A DNA stretch of 63,741 bases, filler included, from Collodictyon triciliatum (taxonomy: Eukaryota), in the NCBI GenBank assembly GCA_043381765.1. It is 4 parts of 4 records of this genome, joined end to end, with 100 filler letters (N's around TTAATTAATTAA, not from the genome) between each part and the next. Parts side by side here need not be neighbours in the genome. Positions count along the whole stretch, not along the records: positions 20,212 to 40,278 come from JBHJMP010001260.1; positions 40,379 to 60,480 come from JBHJMP010001261.1; 2 more parts are not named here. One strand, given 5' to 3'. Positions 39,701 through 56,221 of the stretch are shown here, one piece after another. The notes under the pieces are model-generated. The model did not search any database, had not been told where the DNA came from, and saw only the letters and a program-made list of their open reading frames with translations. The stretch's first letter is position 1, and every line of letters starts with the position of its first letter. The position numbers were made by a program, and so were the translations under genes.

Positions 39701-40699
39701 ATGTGACGGTCATCAGTTTGAATCGTTGGTGACGAACGCTGCAGGGCGAAATAATCAAAAAAAAAAATCTTCGTTAAAAAAAATGGTATCCATCAATTTC
39801 AGCTAAATATGATTCTTACTGGGATTCGAATGCAACCCAGCGAGTCATCTTGGCGGGGAAAGGAAGTTCCTTTGACCACTGTTTACTAATTTACATGCAA
39901 GTTATGAGAGCAAGTATTAGGAATGATAACACACACACACAAAAAAAAATGCAACATATTATGTCGATATTGATAAAAATATCAAATATATCCTATCTAA
40001 TGGTCACCTTGATTGAATTCTCCATGCTGTAAATGTTCTTTGCATCAGACCATACCGTATTTTATTTATTGCTCGACGAATAAAAGCCTCCTTTTTCACA
40101 TTTTGAATCGCATAAAGTCGCCAGGACTATGTGTTTTGAGGTTTGAAAATGTATTTTGTGGCAATATCCACACATGAGTATTATCTTGCTTTCTGAATAA
40201 GAAGCGCAAGGCTAACCTTAAATAGTAAAGAAATAAGGCGATGCTGAAAATAAACTGTGGCTTGAATCTGCTGCTTCCNNNNNNNNNNNNNNNNNNNNNN
40301 NNNNNNNNNNNNNNNNNNNNNNTTAATTAATTAANNNNNNNNNNNNNNNNNNNNNNNNNNNNNNNNNNNNNNNNNNNNGAAAAAGAAAAAAGAAAAAGAA
40401 AAAAGAAAAAGAAAAAAGAAAAAGAAAAAAGAAAAAGAAAAAAGAAAAAAGAAAAAAGAAAAAAGAAAAAAGAAAAAGAAAAAAGAAAAAAGAAAAAAGA
40501 AAAAAGATAAATAATATTCCTCTAAGGCAGCATGAAAGACAAACCCTCATGATGCTTAACAGATCCTCTGCTTGCTTAAGGGTTCTTTTAACATAGGATT
40601 CCTCAAATCCCACACAAGGACTCGTTGGTTATTAGAGCAGCCGCATGGTAAGAGACAGTTTGACGAATTCACATACTGCATCGAACTGCGTTTTCTCAT
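36701..40699 (-). CDS. Sfi1-like centrin-binding repeat protein
   Basis: Recurrent A-x7-L-x-F-xx-W repeats: QATVYFQHRLISLLFK|SWRLY, HFLLRRCFCAWKKY, RKKLIRRFYRTW, KAKQIIRRWK, RMKAIMFIHWRYY. The last exon ends in TAA at 36701-36703. The 5' exons beyond the gap (40544-40699) are inferred. Confidence 0.65.
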
Positions 40700-41276
40700 G
40701 GATTTTAAGGGACTATGTTGCAAAAAAAAAAGTCTTTCTCTCACCAAAGTTTTCGGCTGCTTCTGTCTTCATAGATCCACTTTGTGCTCCTAATCAGCCG
40801 CCAAGGGAAAGTGCGTTTGTCCAAATGGTACAGCGCTTACAGCCCAAAGGAAAAGACAAAGTATGCGAAGGAGATCACTACCATGGTTCTTGGCCGATCT
40901 CCAAAGCTGTGTAACTTCCTCGCCTGGAAGGATCAAAAGATTGTCTACAAAAGGTATTACTTGTTTGTTTTATAGCTCAGCTTTGATCCGATTAACTTGT
41001 TTTTGCGTAAAAGAAAAAAAAACCATTGTTAAGTTTTTTTTTCGAAATACGGTTTCTTTTCATCTGTATCTTTTGGATTTTAACCCTTTTTTTTTCTGTC
41101 TTCATACTTTTATTTATATATGATAGGTACGCAAGCTTGTTTTTCGTGATGTGCGTAGACAACGAAGATAATGAGTTGATAACTCTGGAAATGATTCATC
41201 ACTATGTGGAGCTCCTGGACAGATACTTTGGCAATGTAAGGCAGCTTCTTTTTTATTATTTTTATTATTATTTTTA

Positions 41277-41373
<97 letters not shown>

Positions 41374-41761
41374 CATTTCCACAAACTTTCATTACATCGC
41401 GATATTCAAGTTGTCTCATCTTTCTATTTTACTTTATTTTTTTAAAAAAGAAATGTGAATATATTCAACTCTGTTTTGTCTGATAGGTTTGCGAGTTGGA
41501 CCTCATTTTCAACTTCCATAAAGTTTGTTCTTTGTTTTATTTTCCACATATACAAACTGCCGCTTCCATTAAATGACATGAGAAAAAATTCAATGACTGA
41601 TTGGTCTATGTATCAAAATCAAGGCGTATTTTATTCTCGACGAAGTGATCATTGACGGTGAATTACAAGAATCCAGCAAGAAATCTATTCTCAGAATGAC
41701 CGCAGCACAAGACCAGATGCAAGAAAACCCACAAGATGGCAGCAACAAATTCGAGCTTTAA
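40645..41761 (+). CDS. AP1S: AP-1 adaptor complex sigma subunit
   Basis: [20 protein letters not shown]...KIVYKR|YASLFF...[41 protein letters not shown]...ESSKK; stop at 41759-41761. Confidence 0.93.
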
Positions 41762-42011
41762 GTGTTGCTTATTACTCCATTTTTTTAAAAAAACAAACAA
41801 CGAATAAAGCAAAAGAAATAAATCAAAATAAAAAAGTATATATGAGATGTGCTTTACAACAAAATTTGACGAAAGAAAATCTAGCAATGATTGGAGGTAG
41901 TTTGAATATTTTCCGGAAATAGTGGATGCCGTGATAATATACTATAGTCGTTTCTCCGAGAAAATATACGGGAACACACATTAGCAAGGCGTAAGGCAAA
42001 GGCAAGTTTAT

Positions 42012-44815
42012 TCAACTGCGGTATCCATTCTTCAATTCGCGAACAGCGGCCATGATTTCAACAGAATCACTACGTGGTTTGATAGAAAAGCAAAACAAAG
42101 TTGGTATCTGCGCGATTGTGGTAAGGTGGGCATTCTATCAATTTCATACGTGGTTCCACATTTTTGTTGAATCACAGTGCTCGATGGGCGCATGAACGGA
42201 TTATACGAAAGCTTTTAAAGAAAATAAATTATTTTTGTCAGATTAGATTATATTTAGAGTGACATAACATAACATAACATAACATAACATAACATATATA
42301 TTGTCATTTCACGCGGTCTGTTCTGTTATTGCTGTCTTTGGATATCACCTCTTCGCCGATGGTGGATGGAACAGTAGGGAGTCCCTTCTCTCGCTGGGCC
42401 ACGCACCAATCATATTTTTTCTGTTTGTGTGTGGTAATAGTGCATGGAATTGTGAATAAAATAGTTACCTCGAATTCCCTCTGCACGGACACAACATTTG
42501 TATATGAAGGAATCAAGAAGAAATGAATATTACCTGAGCATCCAAGTTATCAGGCTCCATGCTAGAAAACAAAATAAAAAATAAAAATCTTGTAATCGTG
42601 TCAAATTTAAAATCGCATCGTGATATTTATTCTATGTTTTTAAGTTAGAAAATGCTGTGATAATATAGGCTTATATATGATACTAAAGATATATTTTTTT
42701 TCAAAAAAACACATTAGAAATGCATTCAGTACAGGGATAAAAACAAACGAATTATGTAATCGTATTTGGTATAGAGCCAAAGAAGTGATATGAATGTTGC
42801 TTACAACACAGCAAACTTGAGGTTTCCAACGGAGTATTCATGTCCGCAGTAGATTTTTGTGTCGTGTGGCAACTAAGTAGTTACATAAAAAAAATGGCGT
42901 GGAAATGTGTTGTAAAGAAATTGAAGGGAGAAAAAAAAAAGGAGCAGAAAAAATATTTTAATTGATGTTTCCACAAAAGAGTCGCACAAACCTTTGGGAC
43001 GATGACATTCAAGGCATTATGCATTTGACCGGCTGTCCCCTCAAAAAATCTTCCGCATCCACCTTCAGATTTCGTTTGCAATTAATATTGATGTATCTGC
43101 TGTAAATATTTAAGAGACAAATATATATATATGAAAGGATAGACTTGCCCAAGAATAAAGTATCTCCAGAAAACAGGGCTCTTTCGTTGGTCTTGGGCTC
43201 GCTGACGTAGTAGAGGACGTGGCCTGGAATACAAACCATTTGCTTATCAGATGCAAAACAAAGACAAAGACAAAGACAAAGACAAAGACAAAGACAAAGA
43301 CAAAGACAAAGACAAAGACAAAGACAAAGACAAAGACAAAGACAAAGACAAAGACAAAGACAAAAACTTGAGAAATAACCCCTAAAACTAGAAACCAAAG
43401 AAATATGTAGATATGCCCCCATGTGCTGCAGCATCTTTATACTTTAAAATCTCGCGCTTGTAAAAAGCTACCTGTTGTGTGGCAAGGAGATGCGAGCACA
43501 TCGACGCTAAGATTGCCGATCTACACAGGATGTTAGCAAAATATATCAGTAAATCATTCAGCCTGTCGCTGTATGTGATTCATCATGGGACGATGAAAAC
43601 CAAAACGAAATAGAATAAAAGGAAACCCAACCGTAATTGCGAATATAAGAAAGAACCTGGACAGTTTCGCCATCACCCAACTTATGTGTCAATGCCAGAA
43701 TCCTGTCGTCGCCTCCGTAGATGGGAATACCTGGTACCAGCCGCGCAAAGTCTGCATTCCCGCCAGCGTGGTCGCTATGAGTCACATGCAGCATACACAT
43801 CAAAACGAATCATTATGCAGATAAATCTTGCTATGAGCTAATTGTACATAAAAATTAACTTAACAAGTAGCAAGGGAAAACAATAATAACAATAACAATA
43901 ACAATAACAATAACAATAACAATAACAATAACAATAACAACAATAACAATAACAATAACAATAACAACAATAACAACAATAACAATAACAACAATAACAA
44001 TAACAACAATAACAATAACAACAATAACAATAACAATAACACTAACAATAATAATAATAACAATACTAATAACACCATAAATATAAAGAACACTAAAAGA
44101 ACAGCGGAAAAAAGAGAAAGATCAAAGAAATAACGAATAAAGGGGAAAATAAATAAGCTAGAATGAAAAATAAAATAAAAAGTAAAAAAATCATTCACAT
44201 GAAAAAAACCCCTTCAGATGTGATGCATTATATGCCATAGATAAGTGAAGGTTTACTCGTGATGATGTGTGGTCAGCACTTTCGTGACTTTGACGCCGAT
44301 CTCGCCAGCCTGGCGGAAAACTACGATTGGAAGACAAAGAAGACAAAAGATGGAGAGGAAAGTAGAAGAAAAGCGGAACAGCCGAATTACTAACCAAGAG
44401 AACCTCACCGAGGCAACCAGAAAAAGCTATGAGAAAAATGGAGAAAGAGAAAACAAAAACAAACAAAAAAGAAAAGAAAAGAAAAGAAAAGAAAAAGAAA
44501 AAGAAAACAAACCCACAAACAAATACACAAACAAAAACAAACACACAAACACACAAACAAACAGACACAAAAACTAAAACTAAAACAAAAACAAAAACAA
44601 AAACAAAAACAAAAACAAAAACAAAAACAAAAACAAAAACAAAAACAAAAACAAAAACAAAAACAAGAACAAAAACAAAAACAAAAACAAAAACAAAAAC
44701 AAAAACAAAAACAAAAACAAAAACAAAAACAAAAACAAAAACAAAAACAAAAACAAAAACAAAANAAAAGAAAAAGAAAAAGAAAAAGAAAAAGAAAAAG
44801 AAAAAGAAAAAGAAA

Positions 44816-44853
<38 letters not shown>

Positions 44854-45330
44854 AGAAAAAGAAAAAAGAAAACAAAAAAAAAACAAAAACAAAAACAAAA
44901 ACAAAAACAAAAACAAACAATAAAAACAAACAATAAAAACAAACAATAAAAACAAACAATAAAACAATAAAACAATAAAACAATAAAACAATAAAACAAT
45001 AAAACAAATAAATAAATAAACAAACAACAAAAACAAACAACAAAAACAAACAACAAAAACAAAAACAAAAACAAAAACAAAAACAAAAACAAAAACAAAA
45101 ACAAAAACAAAAACAAAAACAAAAACAAAAACAAAAACAAACAATAAAAACAAACAATAAAAGCAAGCACAGTTGGCCAAACCTTTCTCTGCGTCGACCG
45201 GGTCGACCACTGCAGCCTCGCGTGTTTCCTCGTCGGCCACGATGTACGCATAGTTGTCAGCCCAGCATGGCACAGGCACAACAATCATTCCTGCCCGAAG
45301 CGCACGGCCCGCAAAGAAGCGTGTGAGCAT
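42012..45330 (-). CDS. HAGH: Hydroxyacylglutathione hydrolase (glyoxalase II)
   Basis: DNYAY, AAVVDP, LTTHHHD|DHAGGN, PCHTTGH, LFSGDTLFLG|GCGRFFEGTA, IYCGHEYS, PSTIGEE|LSYNPFMR; stop TGA at 42012-42014. Confidence 0.95.
43881..44065. repeat. (AACAAT)n microsatellite in HAGH intron 2
   Basis: Visible directly. Confidence 0.9.
44445..45160. repeat. Compound microsatellite (AAAAAC, AAAAAG, AAAACAAT) filling HAGH intron 1
   Basis: Visible directly. Confidence 0.9.
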
Positions 45331-45605
45331 CCGGTTCGCTCCCGGCTTTTCCTCTTTTCCTCTTTCTTCTTTTATTTGAATGATCACTCACACATGCATT
45401 TTGTCAGTCTGTTTGCATTTCAGTCTGTGTTTGCGTATTTGTTTTTTATACACTTGTCTATTTGTCATTTCCTATTATGCTCTTTTTTTGACAGGTTGGT
45501 TTATTTCGGGTTTGCCTGTGGTCTGGAGCGAACATCTCAAAAGCAGAGAAGAAAAAAGAAAAAAAAAACGGGCGATGAAAGAGCCACTGACTTTGATGGC
45601 GTCGC

Positions 45606-45716
45606 CTAGGCCTTCAGGTCTTGGAACTTTGTGACGGCGTCCTTCACGCTCTTGATCTCTTGCTCCAGCGAGACGAGCTAGGACAATTGCAATAGTTGAT
45701 TAAAGTGGTGACGTTT

Positions 45717-45771
<55 letters not shown>

Positions 45772-48700
45772 CCAACCTTATCACTGTTTTGCTGGCGGAC
45801 ATTTTCGGGGACTTTCTCGTAGCCGGCTGCCTTCGTCTTTGCCAGGACGCTGCTGTGGTTTGTCTCCAGGGCCGCAAGTTTCTTTTGCAGTTTGACAATT
45901 TCCGCGTCGATGTCGATGAGCCCCTGGATATGGTCGTTTATAAGCTTACGGAGAAAAATACACCAAGAGACCCTCTCAATATGCACTTACATTATCATCA
46001 TTATGTGTTACGTGATGATATTTTATACAGAAGTATATAAAAAGGATGAAAAAAATCACCCAATTATATTTATTCCATATTATAAGTCGCAGATAGTATT
46101 TTTCCGTGTATATTTAGGATGGAATCCCATTGGTTGACAGACTTACCTTGAGCATGATGTGAACGTTGCAGCTGTCGTTGATGACATTGATGGCGCATCC
46201 GGCCGGGGGGTCAACTCTGTGCAGAACTTCAACAGAGTTCGACAGGGTCAGAGTCTTGATGTCGACGGCATATCTGAAGAGAAAAGAGTGAGCCTATTTC
46301 CTAACAATTGCGCGTTTGCAAGAGTGCGGGTGTACGGAAAGAGACGTATGTATGTATGTATGTATGTATGTATGTATGTATGTATGTATGTATGTATGTA
46401 TGTATGTATGTATGTATGTATGTATGTATGTATGTATGTATGTATATGCGAATGAAAGAAGGCGCAGACTTGTTTGCAAGGTCGCTGTATTCCTGGGTGA
46501 GCGCCTGCACATAGAGGCTGATGCGGGTGGATGAGGTCAGGCCGACAGACGAGCGCAGTGAGCGGACGCCATGCACAATGTCTTGCACTTTCACCATGTC
46601 GGCCTCGATGTCTGGGCGGTTCCATGCTTCCACCTTTTGGTTTTGATTTTGTTTGTTTTGGACTCTTAAGGTGGTTTTCGGTGTATCGGGGGATTGGTAA
46701 AATAGATGAAACAAAATAGAAAAAGACAAGAAAAAAAAAGAGAAAAAATAGAAAAAAAATAAACAAAATCAAGTGGTTTGACTTCGAATGATTTCCCCTC
46801 TAATTTGGTGTATTGTTTCGAACAAAGAAAACAAAAACATACAGGCTCAGGATATGATGTCAGCATGATGGTTTGGATGCCGGTCTCGGTTGGGCGACGC
46901 GGGAGTCTTTGGTAAAGTTCCTCCGAGACAAACGGCATGTAAGGGTGAATCAAGCGCAGGGCCTGGTCAAGACAAGTATATCTGCGAAAGAGCACATTAA
47001 AATTCGAAATGAATCAGCATAGGTTTCAGGTTTATTTTCATTTTTCGTAGACTAATAATTTTATTTTGGAAAAAAATAGGTTTGCTTCGGTGTAAATATG
47101 GAGGTATTGTTTACAAGACGTTGCGGGCTGCTGTCTTGCGTTCCTCGGCGCCAGGGGTTGCTGGGTCCGCATTCATGGTAGGCTTAAGCAGTTCCTGTAC
47201 AGATAGGAGCAGGTAAAGAGAGGGTACTTCCGAATCAAAGAAGAAAAAGAAAAATAAGAGAAAAGAGATATGTAGAACAAAGAGTGAATGGGAAAAAAAG
47301 CTGTATGAAAAGGAGGTGGAATAACTTTAAGTACTTACAAGATAAACGTCACACAGTTCGTAATACCAAAAGTTGTAAATAGCCGTAGTTGATGCCGCCA
47401 GGTCGAATTCATCAAAGCCTTTGTTAGCGAGGCGAGCAGCGTCGCTGAGGCGGCTGAGAATCCAAAGGTCGGCGTTGGTCTCATGTCCAGTCAACTACGA
47501 GAAAGTGACGAATAAGACGATTGTTGAGATAATATTAAAATATGGTAAATTTATATAAACGATGTCAAGAGAAAACAAAGAAAAAAAAAGAGGCGAAATT
47601 GATATTCTTTATACATCAGTGGTTCCAGCCGGACTGAAGTTTGCACCGAGATTCATCAAAGCAAACTTCGTTGCGTTCCACAACTTGTTGCAGAAGTTAC
47701 GGTATCCAACAACACGATTGATATCGAGATTAATATCGCGCCCTATTATTGGATGGATATTTTGGCTGAGCTAAAAACTCGTGTTTCGCAACTCAAGGAA
47801 GGTGAAAAGGAGTTGCTTGATATAAAAGTATCAATTGTGACGAATAAGTATCCCTGCAGAAAAGATACACAAACCTTGGGATGTATAAGCGCAAAGAGCG
47901 AATCGCAGAGCATCGGTTCCGCATTCTGGAATTCCACTAGGATAATCTGCTTTCTATCAACGATTATGTGAAAAGTGAGTGTAAATCAAAAAAAGACTGC
48001 AGATCGAATAAACCAAAATAAGAATGCAGATAACAACTAACCATGAAAATGTGTACAAGCAAGCAGTACTACGGATAAATATTTGAATAAACATACCTGT
48101 CCCTGTTTCGCCTTTTCGATCTCACGGGGGTCGAGATTTCCTTCTTGAAGACGTTGGTGTAGGCCCTACGATTCAAGATACCAAAAGTACGTAAATGCAA
48201 GAGTATCCGTGCATAAATCTAGCTCAAAAAAACGCTCTTCCTTAGAGTCTTTTACTAAATTACGAGGAAAGCGGGATGTGTGTTTTGTATAGATGAAGCA
48301 TGCCGTGGTAGAATATTCATGTAGAACCGGTTTAAACAGAAAAAAAAGATAAGATACAGCTAAGTTGTATGAACCTCCAGGCTGATGCCTTCAATCACGT
48401 CGAGTGGGTCAATGACGTTGCCAAGACTTTTGCTCATTTTTCTTCCGTGTGCATCCCTCACCATGGCGTGTAGCAGCACCTGTGTTAATATTGCCAATAT
48501 GAATATTATAACAACAAATCGGATGTTTAGAAGCTCCGATAACAAGGTTTCGCCTATTATCACATGCTTGGAAGGTTGGGCATGAAAGCACGTGCCTTCT
48601 TGAATGGAAGAGTGCCAGTGAGCTGCAGCCCCATCATGACCATACGGGCAACCCAGAAGAAGAGGATGTCGTGCCCTGTTTCAAGGACAGATGTAGGGTA

Positions 48701-51700
48701 GAAAGCCTTCAAGTCTTGTGTCTGATTTGGCCAGCCAAAGACAGAGAAGGGGAACAGGCCTGATGAGAACCAAGTGTCCAGCACGTCGGGGTCCTGGTCA
48801 AGCGTGACTTGGGATTGATCAACTCCGTACTTTTCAGCAGTTGTATTGAGTGCTTCATCGCGGGTTCGTGCAACAATCCATTTGTCGGCATCAGGAATCT
48901 ATTCAGTACAATTGTTTATATTTCGTGATGTTTGGAAGACTGACCAATAACAAAATGTGTATCAACAATATAATAATGCTTTATCGGAATTCATACGACT
49001 TTCCCGGCAATAGAGACTTGGTAAGCTATGCATCCAAAAATAAGATTAACAAATAAATAAAGCCATAATTAGGCCTTCTGAATATTTACTGTATTAGAAA
49101 GACAACAATATTGAAACTGGTGAAATTCCTATCTTTCTCTCTCTCTCTCTCACCCGGAATTCTGTGTCCCCACCACAACTGACGAGAGATACACCAATCA
49201 CGAATGTTGTCCAACCAGCGGTACCATGTGTCCTCGTGCCACTCAGGGATGATTTGAAGTTCTTTGCTCCTTGCTGCCTACCCATCATCATAGGAATGTG
49301 AGATACAGTCATAATATTACATAAACAAAAAAAAAGTGAGAAAAGGAAACGATGTATGCTGAAGTTGTGGTGTTGCACTGACTTGGGCAGATGCTTCTGC
49401 CATTCCCTTGCAAGAGACATACCACTGCGGTAGAAGGAGGGGCTCGATGATGTCATCTACATGGTTTACCGTCAGAATTAATTGATCACGTTAAAATGTC
49501 TAAATAGACAAGGTATGATATGATATTTCGTTACTTGAGCGCGAGCACAATCCTAATCTCATTGCGTTGTCTTTTTCTTCTTTATAGGAGCCGATTTCTT
49601 TTAGAGCCTCGATGACAGCAACACGAGCATCAAAACGCTTCATTCCCTATTCAATTGAACAGACTGATAAATGTGATGCAGCTATCTTGTTAAAATTCTG
49701 AGCGTGATGAATAAAAGAAATAAAATAACAGATTAAAAACATCTCAGCATTTTATTATTCTTACTGCAAATTTGCCACACTTGTCATTCATAGTTCCGTC
49801 TATGTTGAGAATATTGATGAACTCGAGGTTATGCCTCTTTCCACACAGGTAATCGTTGGGGTCGTGAGCAGGTGTAACTTTGACAGCACCTGTACAATAA
49901 GATGGAGAATAAATATATTGGCATGGGTTAGTGACATAAAGCTATACATAAATTTTGTAAAATGCGTTTTGCTTGAGCAGTAAATCCGCGACACCAACTA
50001 GAATAATTGTATATTCACTCTAAAGCATCTCATGAATTACCAGTTCCGAATGTCATATCAACCAGCTCAGAGTCGATAATGATGGGGAATTTGCGGTCAA
50101 CGAAGGGATGTTGGACAAACTTTCCATGTAGGTGCTGTGCGATAATCGGTTAAAAAAACAACAACAGAGGAACTGGGCAAGAAAGAATAAAGATATACTT
50201 ATAAAATATTCACTTTCTGACCTATCGAATTCGGAACATTTACTATATGGGCTATCGGAAGAATTACCTTATAACGAGGATCTTCAGGGTGGACAGCGAT
50301 GGCCGAATCACCCAACATGGTTTCAGGGCGAGTGGTAGCGATGATGATTTCTTCATCTTTATTTTTGAGTGTGAGAAAATCATTCAAATACGAATGTAAA
50401 AAATCAAGGAGGGAGTATTCGTGTGTCTCGAAACGAGAGAAATCAGCCTGTCAATAATTTGAGATCAATTCATCAGATGGGAAGACACACCAGAGTCTAC
50501 AACTTTGTAAGCAAAGGACGTTAAGACACCGAATTCATAAGTCTTCTCCCCATATCCAGGCACTTTCATACGAGTCTTCTTTTCGATATTGACGTATTCG
50601 ACCTCCATATCGGATATGGCAGTCTTGAGCGTGCAACACCAATGAACAAGGCGTGTGTCGCGATAGATAAGGCCAGCTTCGTACAGTCTGACGAAGGCTT
50701 CGTTCACAGCATTAGATAGCATCTGTTTGAAATTGTTATGGTTCAGGGAGTGAATAATTCTTTGCGTATGATATATATGTGAAAGCCCATGAGGAAAGAG
50801 CCGCATGTTTATGAAAATAATCTTCGAAACCTCATCCATCGTAAAGCGTTCGCGGCTCCAATCCAAGGATGAACCCAACCGGCGGAGTTGGGTAAAGATA
50901 CGGGTTCCATATGTTTTTGGTGTTAATGGATAATTACAGTATTCTTACACCGAGGTGGGGAGGAAGAAGCAGATGGAAATGTAGAAGTAATTATCGTATA
51001 AAGTACGACTGGTTTGAAGGATATTGGTGTTTCCATTCCCACACTTTCTTGACAAATTCTTCTCGGCCAAGGTCGTGGCGAGTGAGCTTGCTCTCTTTCC
51101 AGATTTTTTTTTCCACAACAGCCTGGTAGACATTTTGTTAGAAAAAAAGGGAAAAAAAAAAAGGAAAAAAAAAAGGAACGTGTGGATAGAGGGATAGCAG
51201 GGACTGTTTGATTACTTAGGATTATAGCAATTGATGGTGAATTCGGGTTACATGAATATTAGTTTAGATGTGTTGCTTTTGAAAATACCGCATCCATATA
51301 CCTGCGTAGCAATTCCGGCGTGGTCGACTCCAGGAACCCAGAGAGCTTCATAACCGCGCATGCGGTGCCTTGTTTGAGAAGGAAGGGGAAAAAAACATAC
51401 GTGAACAATACAAACCAGAGTTTTTATTAGAACACAGGAAGATACAAAGGCGACGCATACCATCTCACCAATGAGTCTTGAACGGAGTTTGTCAATGCGT
51501 GACCCAAGTGAAGTGAGCCAGTGACATTCGGGGGAGGAATCACAATTACGTATTTTGGTTTGCTCGAGGTGTTGTCCGCCTGTGTTATGTCGCAAATTTA
51601 GGATATGAAGCTTAGCGTGCTAAATGAATATTTCTTGAAAACAAAAAACAAAAAAAAAAAGGATAACACTTCTTGATTGATTGTAGAACTAATAAAATGT

Positions 51701-52630
51701 GCAGTTAATATGTATTTATATAAAAAAATGTGTTCTCTTTAAACATGGTAAATATAGTCAGAGTGAGGCGCTGAAGCGCGCATTTCAGGATGAAGAATGA
51801 CTAGAGTTACCTTGAAGAATCCGCACTGCTCCCACCAGTCAGCCCAGGCAGCTTCGACAGACTTTGGTTTGTAAGCAGGGGCCATAGGCTGGCTCATGTC
51901 TATGGTGCATAAATTGTCAGTCGCCTCGACATATCACTTCAGCAATCAGGAAAATCTCATGCATCGGAAGATGAGAGAGGAGAGGAGCCAACAAGAAACT
52001 GTTTGAAATGGTCGAAATAATAGCGACGATGTTTGGGGATGACGATTCTGAGGGAAAGAAAGAGTGAGAGGGAAGCGATGGATAAAGAATTCAGACTCGC
52101 CTTTCTTTTCGCCTTTCGGTGTGGTGTTGACAAAGACCTCCTCAGTCGGGGCTGTTTCCTTCTTCTTCTTTGGATCTTTTGCAGCTTTCTTTCCCTTCTC
52201 ATCGGCTGCACTCGAAGCAGCAGCGGCTGCAGGTGGGTCAACAGGCTTCGGCTGCATGAAAACATGGGAGAAGGGGAATAAGTCAAAAGCGGCATAAACT
52301 GCACAGAGGAGAGGGAAATACTGTTGCTCGATTATATTTTATTTTTAGGGGGTAAGCGTTTGAGAGCGTGGAGCGAGAAAAAAATTGAGGAGCAGGGCTC
52401 TTTTACACAAAAACACTCACGCTCTCGGAAGCAGGTTCCATTTACTTCGCTGGGTGCTCTCAGTCCTTTTCCGTAGTTGGGAAAGAAGAAAGTTAACAAA
52501 GTTACAAGCACAAGGGCGACTATATCACCGAAACTTTTCTTTTCGATCCAAACCAAGTGCTTTGCAGAACAACGTCATTCTTGCGTATGTGTTTGGTTTT
52601 TCCGACGGCACTTTGCTTGGGCGTATTCAT
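45606..52630 (-). CDS. VARS: Valyl-tRNA synthetase (about 25 exons)
   Basis: [13 protein letters not shown] (HIGH), [55 protein letters not shown] (KMSKS) and a C-terminal coiled coil. Start is at 52630 or 52578; stop TAG at 45606-45608. Confidence 0.97.
46346..46444. repeat. (TATG)n intronic microsatellite; a similar (TACA)n lies at 20212-20312
   Basis: Visible directly. Confidence 0.9.
50913..51024 (-). other. U12-type (minor spliceosome) AT-AC intron in VARS
   Basis: Donor ATATCCTT, branch-site-like TCCATTAAC 9 nt before the terminal junction, acceptor AC. Removing it restores [25 protein letters not shown]. Confidence 0.9.
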
Positions 52631-53186
52631 AGAGCCTCACTACATGCTTGTGTGACCCTGTGAGCAGCATTCTGCCTCAGTTCTGATTTCTGCTGCGCTG
52701 TGATTCTCGATCGATTATCGGATGGCTTTGCTTGGTCGTCTCTGCGCAAACATGACATAATAGTCTGAAATGTGGTCACAATCGGTATTTCCAATATAGG
52801 TATGAATTCCCTAATGGCCGGTCGCCTGAAACGGCTGTATTGAACAATTATTTTTCGCAACATATGATATCGATGGGCAATTCCATTACAGATCAACAGA
52901 TGATGCAGAAGATGATAACACTTCTTTAATATATATCGAGATATGCATAATGACCACTCTGCCCAGTGCTCGATGGGCAGGAAGTGGCTGAACGTATATC
53001 TCCTGGGGGGAAATCAAGGGTTCTGTTCAGTTGTCGTCTGGGAGGAAAGGTGTTTTGTTCGTAGGTTGAGATTTATTGCAATTTCGGGTAGTTTGGCTCG
53101 CAACGCTTTATTTTGGAAGGACGCAACTCAGCTATGCCCAATCGATTCTCCCATCGTTCTTTTCTCTTTTGCCGGGCTGTCTCGGT

Positions 53187-56221
<3,035 letters not shown>

